A stretch of DNA of 63,152 nucleotides, counting the filler, from Octopus bimaculoides (taxonomy: Eukaryota): the NCBI RefSeq assembly GCF_001194135.2. It is 6 parts of 6 records of this genome, joined end to end, with 100 filler letters (N's around TTAATTAATTAA, not from the genome) between each part and the next. Parts side by side here need not be neighbours in the genome. Positions count along the whole stretch, not along the records: positions 39,371 to 55,394 come from NC_068991.1; positions 55,495 to 60,000 come from NC_068986.1; positions 60,101 to 63,152 come from NW_026298415.1; 3 more parts are not named here. One strand, given 5' to 3'. Below the pieces are notes generated by a model. The model was not told the DNA's origin. It ran no database searches and saw only the letters and a list, made by a program, of their open reading frames with translations. Positions 53,056 through 63,152 of the stretch are shown one piece after another (within the stretch, counting starts at the first letter, position 1; each line of letters starts with the position of its first letter). A program made the translations under genes and the position numbers.

Positions 53056-53435
53056 GGAGGCGCAATGGCCCAGTGGTTATGGCAGCTGACTCGCGGTCAT
53101 AGGATCACGGTTTCGATTCCCAGACCGGGCATTGCGAGTGTTTATTGAGCGAAAACACCTAAAGCTCCACGAGGCTCCGGCAGGGGATGGTGGCGAACTC
53201 TGCTGTACTCCTTCACCACAACTTTCTCTCACTCTTACTTCCTGTTTCTGTTGTACCTGTAATTCAAAGGGTCAGCCTTGTCACACTGTGTCACGCTGAA
53301 TATCCTCGAGAACTACGTTAAGGATACACGTGTCTGTGAAGTGCTCAGCCACTTGCACGTTAATTTTACGAGCAGGCTGTTCCGTTGATCGGATCAACTG
53401 GAACCCTCGACGTCGTAAGCGACGGAGTGCCAACA
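53056..53435 (+). mobile_element. tRNA-derived SINE, long-head variant
   Basis: Head GGAGGCGCAATGGCCCAGTGG...TTTCGATTCCC; the 3' body is shared with the 4144 family. Confidence 0.85.
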
Positions 53436-53957
53436 NNNNNNNNNNNNNNNNNNNNNNNNNNNNNNNNNNNNNNNNNNNNNNNNNNNNNNNNNNNNNNNNN
53501 NNNNNNNNNNNNNNNNNNNNNNNNNNNNNNNNNNNNNNNNNNNNNNNNNNNNNNNNNNNNNNNNNNNNNNNNNNNNNNNNNNNNNNNNNNNNNNNNNNNN
53601 NNNNNNNNNNNNNNNNNNNNNNNNNNNNNNNNNNNNNNNNNNNNNNNNNNNNNNNNNNNNNNNNNNNNNNNNNNNNNNNNNNNNNNNNNNNNNNNNNNNN
53701 NNNNNNNNNNNNNNNNNNNNNNNNNNNNNNNNNNNNNNNNNNNNNNNNNNNNNNNNNNNNNNNNNNNNNNNNNNNNNNNNNNNNNNNNNNNNNNNNNNNN
53801 NNNNNNNNNNNNNNNNNNNNNNNNNNNNNNNNNNNNNNNNNNNNNNNNNNNNNNNNNNNNNNNNNNNNNNNNNNNNNNNNNNNNNNNNNNNNNNNNNNNN
53901 NNNNNNNNNNNNNNNNNNNNNNNNNNNNNNNNNNNNNNNNNNNNNNNNNNNNNNNNN

Positions 53958-54290
53958 CACGCTCAAAATGGTGTATTTTACGTGCCACCTGCACAGGAGC
54001 CAGTTCAGCGGCACTGGCAGCGATCTTGCTTGCATGTCTTTACACATACCATCCGGCACAAGTGCCAGGGAGGCGATGCTGGGTACAGGTGCCATGACGA
54101 TTTCGCTTTCGCTTGCCCCAACAGGTCTTCGCAAGCCGAGTTTCGTGTCCGATGAAGGAGATGACGTTGGCATGGGTGCCAGTCGTCGAATCTAATTTGA
54201 TTTCGATTTCACTTGCCTCAACAGGTCTTCGCAAGCGGAGTTTAGTGTCCAATGAAGGAAGATATGCATAAGTGGGCTGGCTGAGGCCTT
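53958..54290 (-). mobile_element. RTE-tail SINE-related repeat with an internal tandem duplication
   Basis: Contains the reverse complement of GGTGGCACGTAAAA seen at 45505; a 61-nt unit is duplicated at 54097-54158 and 54199-54259. Confidence 0.55.
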
Positions 54291-55669
54291 AGATTTAGGT
54301 CTCATTTGGCTTGCCGGGTCTTCTCATGTGACATATACACAATTTAGTTTTGTCCTTTTACGTTCAGAGTTCAAATTCTTTTCCTCTTAACAGGAATTGA
54401 TAAAATAAATACCAAATACTAGGGTCAAGGAAAGAAATACTATTGTTGCTATGACTGTATCCTCCTCCTGCCCCACTTCCCCCACAACACCCAGTCATGT
54501 GCTTATGTTAGAAATAATTGTTATTTAACATAAAGAGCAGAAGCAGTAACTATTGACTTGTAAAAAAGCCTCCTTGTAATAGTGTGGTGGGGATGTTCAG
54601 CTGGTGAACTTTGATAGTTTGGTAACTAAGCAACAATCAAAGGATAAGCTCCAATATAAGGGACAGCCCTGGGTGGAAGGAACTACATGAAAGGGTTAAG
54701 CAACAAGGGAATGAAAGGGGACATAGTAGGAATAATAAGACATGGAAGACTAACTGCTTTAGGTAGTCTGGGACAATAATGGTAACTGTTACAGTGATAG
54801 GAGAGACAGCGGCCCTTTGCTGTTTTATCTTCAGTGGAGTCCACTATAGTGCTAACATTCAGGACAAACACCTCGTGAGTAAATTTGGTAACAGAAACTG
54901 AAAGAAGCCCGGATGATTTGTTTATGACGATCAAATGTTTCTGTAGACATAGGCTCACTACTGCCATCAGATCGACATTACCTGTACAGGTGCAACTGGG
55001 TGCCGCATGTCAGATATCGAAATGATTGTAGAGCAACGTGAAATGAAGTGCTTTGCTCAAGAACACAACACAATGCCCAGTCTGGGAATCGAACCTACGA
55101 TCTTGCAATCGTGAGTGCAATATCCTAACCACTTAGCCATGCGCCTTTAGATAGATAGACAGATAGAGATAGGTGCAGGCATGGCTGTGTGGTAAGAAGC
55201 TTGCTTCCAAACCACAGGGTTCCAGGTTCAGTCCCACTGCATGGCACCTTGAGCAAGTGTCTTCTATATAGCCTTGGGCCAATCAAAACCTTGTGAGTGG
55301 ATTTGGTAGACGGAAACTGAAAGAAGCTCGTCGTATATATATGAGTGTGTGTGTGTGTGTGTACATATTTATGTGTGTATGTCTTAGTGTCTGTNNNNNN
55401 NNNNNNNNNNNNNNNNNNNNNNNNNNNNNNNNNNNNNNTTAATTAATTAANNNNNNNNNNNNNNNNNNNNNNNNNNNNNNNNNNNNNNNNNNNNTATATA
55501 TATATATACGACGGGCTTCTTTCAGTTTCCGTCTACCAAATCCACTCACAAGGCTTTGGTCGGCCCGAGGCTATAGTAGAAGACACTTGCCCAAGGTGCC
55601 ACGCAATGGGACTGAACCCGGAACCATGTGGTTGGTGAGCAAGCTACTTACCACACAGCCACTCCTGTG

Positions 55670-55843
55670 CCTTTTGACAATGTATTGAAAAGTTGTGGCT
55701 CTTTGAACATTAAGTTGTTCCAGTGTCAGGATTTTGCTATGGACGAAATTTGTTGGATCTTTGGTACCATGCTATACCATCCAGTCCAGTGATTGGTGTA
55801 GCTTCTAACCCCAAAGTTGCGTGCTAGATCTTCCAAGATCTTC

Positions 55844-55850
<7 letters not shown>
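55670..55850 (-). mobile_element. CR1/L2-group LINE fragment
   Basis: WKILEDLARNFGVRSYTN..TG...VPKI and NLMFKEPQLFNTL. Confidence 0.6.
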
Positions 55851-55911
<61 letters not shown>

Positions 55912-56638
55912 GCGCGGAAATATATAGTTCAATCAGAGGTGGAAGGGCAGCATTCATAATCATTTCAGGGCCTTTGAGTCTGGGTGTAGTGAAAGAAACG
56001 TAGTTATCCTTGGATCAGAGACTACCAGGTCGAGTCCAGTGAAACTCTCAAATGACAAAGTTATAGTGTTATAGCTGACGGTGGATTAAGTCTTCCATAT
56101 TCGCTGAAAAATAGACTGGATGGTCATGGTTGAAATAGTTGTGGTTTTAGATTTACTCAAGCAAGTCTGACCTAGGGGTAAACATTGATAACAGAAAAAA
56201 CAAAAACATGAAAGATTGTAATGTTTCGTTTCATGTAGTTGGAATTGATTTAAAAGTCAGTGTTAGAATATGGACATAAAATGTTTCGGCGAAGATAAAG
56301 GTTACAAACAGAGTCATCGCCTCATTCATGGCTTCTTCTTGTTGTCGGTGTCTGTGTTGTTATTATTACAGCTGCTCTCGTCTTCTCCTCTTTTGTAATT
56401 CGTGACATTAAAATTTGGCATTTCATCCTCTCGGCTGGACTTCACAGACTAAGGAGCCAAACTGCTTTAACTGTTCCATGAAATCAACCTCTTAATGTAG
56501 TTTTCTTTATATATATATATTTTTTCAGTGTGCGGTATTAACTGATAACTACTTTGTATTTCTTTTGCTCAATAACAAATCAAAGAAGGAATGACGTAAA
56601 TTTCTTAAATATCAATGTAGAAAAGCAAATTCTATCTA

Positions 56639-56679
<41 letters not shown>

Positions 56680-56834
56680 ATACACATGATACATAAATAT
56701 AAGTATATATACATATATACATCGATAATATAAGGATGGAACGTAAGGTGAATGACACACGAACAATAATTCGATACTGAATATGTATTGATATACACAT
56801 ATATGTATATCTGTGTGTACATGCATACATATAC

Positions 56835-56882
<48 letters not shown>

Positions 56883-57483
56883 ATATATATATANNNNNNN
56901 NNNNNNNNNNNNNNNNNNNNNNNNNNNNNNNNNNNNNNNNNNNNNNNNNNNNNNNNNNNNNNNNNNNNNNNNNNNNNNNNNNNNNNNNNNNNNNNNNNNN
57001 NNNNNNNNNNNNNNNNNNNNNNNNNNNNNNNNNNNNNNNNNNNNNNNNNNNNNNNNNNNNNNNNNNNNNNNNNNNNNNNNNNNNNNNNNNNNNNNNNNNN
57101 NNNNNNNNNNNNNNNNNNNNNNNNNNNNNNNNNNNNNNNNNNNNNNNNNNNNNNNNNNNNNNNNNNNNNNNNNNNNNNNNNNNNNNNNNNNNNNNNNNNN
57201 NNNNNNNNNNNNNNNNNNNNNNNNNNNNNNNNNNNNNNNNNNNNNNNNNNNNNNNNNNNNNNNNNNNNNNNNNNNNNNNNNNNNNNNNNNNNNNNNNNNN
57301 NNNNNNNNNNNNNNNNNNNNNNNNNNNNNNGTAATTTCAGGTTTGCGTTTGGGCTTCTGTCGTGTGAATAAATAATTGAAAAATTTTGGAGTCAGAAAGA
57401 AGGAGTACGGCTAGACATTTATTTTCAATCACTACAATTGTTTCTACGCAACGTAGTTCTCCAGGCGTGCAGGTACTTGAATA

Positions 57484-57707
57484 CGCAATCGTTTCTCCGC
57501 ATTATAAGATCTCGTAGAGTTTCCTCAAGTAGTATGTAAATATTAACTCTGTAAGTTCAAATTTACGGATTCAGTGGCTACTACTAACTTCAGGCCACGA
57601 CAGACAGAGAGGATGCTCTTGAAGCCGAGAATTTCAACTTAAAGAGACAGTATTTACATACTACTTGAGGAAACACAACTAGATCTCATAATGAAAGGAA
57701 GCGGTTG
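57484..57707. mobile_element. TA-flanked MITE-like inverted repeat
   Basis: Perfect 24-bp inverted repeat (57519-57542 and 57651-57674) within imperfect arms of about 57 bp. Confidence 0.7.
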
Positions 57708-57719
57708 TANNNNNNNNNN

Positions 57720-57787
<68 letters not shown>

Positions 57788-58177
57788 CCCTCCTAAAAAT
57801 AACAAACTAGACAACTAGACAATCACTAATACATGGACTTGTTTCAACCAAGAGCAACGTCCCACACGTATCGGTTTCGGAGTCTGTAAACATGACCTAA
57901 AATATCCTGGTGGATGAGACTATTCAGTTTGACATGGCCTGGGCTTAATACTGCAATATCTCTATTTATCTAGGTTGCTAATATTAGGTTATAGAAATAC
58001 GCCAATCAGTAAAGTATGTAAGATATGATATCCAGAACAGATCATTAGTTTAGTATAGATTTGACAATTAGTGTGTGAAAGGAAATATGTAACACACTAA
58101 CAAGAATATGAATTCACTCTTACATTAATTGTAGTTTTGTTCCGATATGATAATTCCTTACTTTAGTTTAATTCTTT

Positions 58178-58216
<39 letters not shown>

Positions 58217-58715
58217 CCTTTATTCCTATGTCAGCTATGAGCCAGCAGACCTATGATCAAAAACGTTCCAGCTGGAACCATATCTTTTTATCAGTGAAGC
58301 TAAGAATATATTTCTTATGTGTCCTTTCTTAAGACGATAAAGTGTGATTCAGAGAAAATGTATGTCATATATCTAGCAGTGCAAATGATTGCATTGTTTC
58401 CAGTCGACAAGGGAGCCTATACGTAGTCACTCAAACTGGTAAAAGCAATACCCAATTTTCCGCAAAATTACATCTTACTGCTTTAAAAAACACAAGATAA
58501 TGTAGTTCTAGATACACTGCGTCAGAAATAGAAATCAAGGAATCGTCGCAGCTGTAATATCTGGGCTTACACTGCTCTAAGCATTCCAGCAATGACCATC
58601 CTGCTTTTATACAATATACATTGGGTCTAAACAAAAGCAAGTACCTCTCTTTGCCAATCGCTTAGACTTTAGATTTATACTTACTTTATATGAGCCAATT
58701 AGAAAACCTCTACGT

Positions 58716-58991
58716 CAGTGGTTTCCAAAGTGGGCAGTACTGCCCCCTGGGGTGGTGGAATGATCCAGGGGTGCTTTGAAGAAAAATGGGGTGATAATGG
58801 GGAGAGCAATGGGTGTAAAAATAAAACAAATAAAATGAAGGCTAATCAGGTTACGTTTTACTTGTGAAATACTGCTGTTTTGAACTTACAGCAGAAAAAG
58901 GTCCATGTCTGTGATGGGGAGTGGAAGGGGCACTAGGGATGTGGCCTCAGAACCAAGGGGGCAACAGCCTGAAAGAATTTGGGAACTACTG
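58716..58991. mobile_element. hAT (Charlie-like) MITE
   Basis: TIRs CAGTGGTTTCCAAA and TTTGGGAACTACTG; 8-bp TSD CTCTACGT/CTCTACAT. Confidence 0.85.
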
Positions 58992-59156
58992 CTCTACATG
59001 GTATACCGGTTTGCTAAAGAAAGAGTCAACTGTCCCTCAGATAACATCCTTTTAAGAAAAGACACATTGGGTAATGTAATTCTAGACATGCAACAAGGTG
59101 AGTGGTAATGATCACAGCATGAATGCTTTTGATCATAACTCTGTTCGATCAGGATG

Positions 59157-59544
59157 TTGTTGTTGGCACTCCGTTGCTTACGACGTCGAGGGTTCCAGTT
59201 GATCCGATCAACGGAACAGCCTGCTCGTGAAATTAACGTGCAAATGGCTGAGCACTCCACAGACACGTGTACCCTTAACGTAGTTCTTGGGGATATTCAG
59301 CGTGACACAGAGTGTGACAAGGCTGACCCTTTGAATTACAGGCACAACAGAAACAGGAAGTAAGAGTGAGAGAAAGTTGTGGTGAAAGAGTACAGCAGGG
59401 TTCGCCACCATCCCCTGCCGGAGCCTCGTGGAGCTTTAGGTGATTTCGCTCAATAAACACTCACAACGCCCGGTCTGGGAATCGAAACCACGATCCTATG
59501 ACCGCGAATCCGCTGCCCTAACCACTGGGCCATTGTGCCTCCAC
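59157..59544 (-). mobile_element. tRNA-derived SINE, long-head variant, with an 11-bp TSD
   Basis: Close reverse-complement match to 53056-53435; TSD CGATCAGGATG at 59146-59156 and 59545-59555. Confidence 0.88.
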
Positions 59545-59924
59545 CGATCAGGATGACATAGAAGTAAATAGCAGCAACATATTTATGCTACAAATCAAAT
59601 ACGGAAGTAAAAGAAACATGATGACTACGAAACATCAAGTCAAAAGAGAGGCATTGGTTTAAGTGCTAGTATGAACGAAAACCATTCAAACTTGTTTTGC
59701 TCTTTGTTGCCGTGTTTTGCTGATTTTGATATCGATTGTTTTTTGTACTAATATCAGTCACAAATATGGAAGCTATCATTTATCATACACACCTACTCAT
59801 TCTCACAAATGTATGTAAGTACTCACAGACATGCGAAAACCGACACACTCATTAACACAAGTAATATATATGTATGATAACGTGTATGACTACGTGTATG
59901 TCGGTTTGTGATTATTCACATATA

Positions 59925-59972
<48 letters not shown>

Positions 59973-60109
59973 GATATATATATATATATATATATATATA
60001 NNNNNNNNNNNNNNNNNNNNNNNNNNNNNNNNNNNNNNNNNNNNTTAATTAATTAANNNNNNNNNNNNNNNNNNNNNNNNNNNNNNNNNNNNNNNNNNNN
60101 AGTAAAACT

Positions 60110-62000
60110 TCAAAAAGTTAACGAGTGCTTGGCCGAAGACGAACGTGTCTGTCTTCAATCCTATTAGCCTTGTCTACAAGACAATCTTTTTTGACAAAGC
60201 CACCCGACAGATGAAAACTGCCTGTTCTTTCTGGCCAAAAGAAAGATGGACTTAAATGATGGTCGAGTGATAATATATGATAGTGGCGATGTATGCGTTC
60301 GCCAATTTTGCCCGACGTTTCAGGATATCTTTCTGTTGGAGTACTTCTAATCGAGATTGGTGTCAGCGCATCACCTAGTTCCAGTTATTTACCACTGGGA
60401 AGTCTGAACCAAAATAGACCCCTATCAATTTATCAGGCCGGCCGTCCACCGCTTTACTACGCTATTGGACGTCATAGACCAGCCCCACTACGTGCTGATC
60501 TACGGAATTTTTGGTTGGTCTTTGCTCTTGACACCGCCTCATAATTCCATAGAGCTGTGCCGATTATCTCAATAAGCTTACTGTTAGATACTATGACAGT
60601 GGCATCATTCGCGTAGCGCCGACACAATTCTTTCATATCTTAGTTCGCACCGGATGCCTCTCACTGTCTCTAGTTTCTGCAGTAGTGGCTCAAAAGTCAC
60701 TGCATACAGAAGAGACGAGACAGAGTGTATGATACTGATCGGTTCTCATATGTGGCTATTCACTCTAATCAACGAGTAGATGTCGCTGTACATTGTGTTA
60801 TACACTGCTGCAACTCAGCCGCGGAAGTCGAGAAGAAAACCGGCTGCGGTGTCAACGTCCACCTTATCGAATGCTTCTGATTTATCTGCGTTTATCAGAG
60901 TCCTAGTCTTGCCAGGTTGCCTACCTACCACCTCTATGCGGTATCGGATATAAAAGCAAAGTTCATTGAACAGATCATCCAAACCAGGTGATTTCCTTTC
61001 GTGCAACGAACAATTACTTCCCGCATTNNNNNNNNNNNNNNNNNNNNNNNNNNNNNNNNNNNNNNNNNNNNNNNNNAGAGTTGTGGCAGACTGTCGAAGG
61101 AGGCATTGAAATCCAACCAGCGTTCTGGCCCACCATTCGTTCCAGTCAGCTGATCGAAATGTTGCCGAAAAACCTTACACATCTGCTTGGTGTTGATTAA
61201 CAAGTGCCTATTATAGTCTATCAAAGACCGAATTGTAACTTTGCGGCCACATTGCACCTCTACCACTCGGACCCGTCGAACAACTTTAAAAATTGGCTGA
61301 AGGTCAATCTGGCCAGGAACACGTTAATTACAATGCCATTCCTAAGCGCCTGTTCTAAGATTATAAGCCTCCTTCTATTTAGTTTTCTTTATTGTTGCTG
61401 TCATACTGAACTCTATCGATTCTATTCTAATTGTTCTTTTCCAATTAACGAATCCAGTCTCCGTTAGCTTGGAGTGTTGAAATCGATGCGTTGCGCTACC
61501 AGTAATCCAATCTCTGCCAACGAAGACTACTTGATCGTAGAAATCACAAATTTTTAAATGTGGATAAAATGTGGATAACCTATGCTATCCTCATCTGCTA
61601 GTCTACAGAATATTCTGTCTCGATACGATCTGGATGGACAAAAGCAATATGTCTATGTCCACGTTAGCAGATTAAGGAAATTCAGTGGATACCTGTAGAC
61701 AGTTGGAAACATTTGAGCAAGTCAGCGACGCTTTTACCTATCAGTCCCCACCCACGCACAATCCATACATGCATTAAATATGATATTCTTGTCACTCACA
61801 ACACTACAAAGTGGAACTTTCTGAGGTAAACTTCCTGACACCTGCAGAAATTCGGCTGTTCCGACCCTGTCGGAATACATGCTGCTATTAGTCTTAAGGG
61901 AACCTCTTTGCTACAGTTCTCATCCAAGAACACCAACTCACCGTTTGGTTGCAAGAAGAAGGCCCGTATTGTGAGATCCTGACCCTCCTGAACCAGCCCT
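60110..62000 (-). mobile_element. Heavily decayed L1/Tx1 ORF2 (endonuclease and RT remnants)
   Basis: GELVFLD..LRLIAACIPTG (endonuclease), YRDRIFCR, KSPGLDDL, LINADKSEAFDKVD, FEPLLQKL. It is collinear with the copy at 1-770. Confidence 0.75.
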
Positions 62001-62049
62001 TTCTTCCTATTCCGGATGACATGGAAATTAATACATTTAGTACGCCTCA

Positions 62050-63152
62050 AAATAGTGTATGAAGGTATGTAAATCAGAAACTCTGGACTCTCTGATTGCC
62101 ACCACATCTATATTTAGTGTCTTGTTTCCAAGGGACCCAAAACCACGTGATTTTACGCTGCCTATTCTGAATAAGGCTATATTCGACAGAAGTGGAAGAC
62201 GAGAAAGGACCACCAACCTAATTCCCTTAGAGGGGCATCTGTTGTGGCTGTTTCCACAAGCAGTTCCACAAAGTTCTTTTTATTGATATACCACCCAAAG
62301 TTTCTTATTCCGTCACGATATTTGCTTTTTGTTTTGTTTTTTATAGCATTATGTTTTGAGATGTTTGGGTAATTTTTGTGTGTTGGTTTGCTATTTGTAG
62401 ATGTGATGAAATCATTCTGAGTAATGTCTCGGTGTTGACGTATATGTTTCATTAATTCTATGTTGTTTGTATTTAAAGCAGCATAATTTGCTTCTTAGCA
62501 GTTGTCCTTGGTTTTGGTGTATAATGAGTTTCGCTGTATTTGTGATGATGGTTGTGGTGATTGTGATGGTGATGTTGTTAGTATTGGAGTTGTTGTTGGA
62601 GATGGGTTTTCTTCCGTCCGCTGGCCCCACCCAGCTTTTTCTGTTGGCATGATTTTTCTCTTTCCTGTTTTTCTTTTTATTGTTTGTTACTTTTTGCCAT
62701 TTATCTTTTTTTTNNNNNNNNNNTTTTTTTTCCTCCATCGCCCTTCGCCACATGACGTCTGAATAGTTCTAAGAGGGAGAGGCACTGTCACAAAGAGGAC
62801 CGCTACTAACTAGCAGATGTTTACCTCTGAGGGCACACCGACAATCTTTATCCTTACTACCCTACGGCCAAAGTAGATTGGTATGAATACCAGTTCGTCC
62901 TTCCTTGGTGTCGTTGTGGAGTGCTTCCTTGCTTCATTCGGTAATATCACCCCTTCCCTGTTCTATTTTCCTCCTCAGCGACATACGTTTTGGTGGCCCA
63001 GGTCAGTCTGAGATACTTTTCTATTTGCTGTTCTGATGCATTTTCGGATTTTTATTCCTATTGTTCTGTAGGAATTTTTCAAATTAGTTTCCTGCAGTAT
63101 AGATTCTGGGGATCTAGTTCAAAACGGGGGCACCAGTATTTTCTTAACGAAA
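62050..63152 (-). mobile_element. Possible decayed ORF1/5' region of the same Tx1 element
   Basis: Lies directly upstream of the endonuclease remnant; the peptide FIPIYFGRRVVRIKIVGVP is only weakly ORF1-like. Confidence 0.35.

Noticed and set aside
56240-56490. VDFMEQL and MNEAMTLFVTFIFAE peptides reminiscent of P450 exons 9/10 or a signal peptide
   Set aside because: They are in different frames with stops, lack AGxET and good splice sites, and lie on the wrong side of exons 3-7

Overview
AT-rich, microsatellite-dense animal genomic DNA from a gapped short-read assembly. The SINE, LINE and MITE repertoire points to an Octopus (coleoid cephalopod) genome; this is inference. Five identical 100-nt spacers (N44-TTAATTAATTAA-N44) cut the window into six pieces whose true adjacency is unproven. 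One genuine host gene is visible: five minus-strand exons (28974-36211) of a clan-3, CYP3A-like cytochrome P450, matching CYP3A4 exons 3-7 in size and phase. The remaining exons are not visible. Almost everything else is mobile DNA: L1/Tx1, CR1/L2-like, RTE, R4/Dong and Penelope-like retroelement fragments, mariner relics, hAT, piggyBac-type and TA-flanked MITEs, and several tRNA-derived SINE families. The most notable observations are: (1) a 350-bp non-coding insertion carrying a near-intact type I hammerhead ribozyme (retrozyme-like or Penelope solo-LTR-like), plus several decayed hammerheads elsewhere; (2) an intronless, frameshifted EXT1 (exostosin-1) fragment sitting inside a CORE-type SINE; (3) a SINE sharing its 3' tail with the Tx1 LINE; (4) a CpG-decayed, probably methylated, 16-kb segment; (5) a 146-bp spacerless palindrome in a P450 intron. 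Nearly all ORFs in the supplied track are microsatellite or gap artefacts. All alignments were made by eye.
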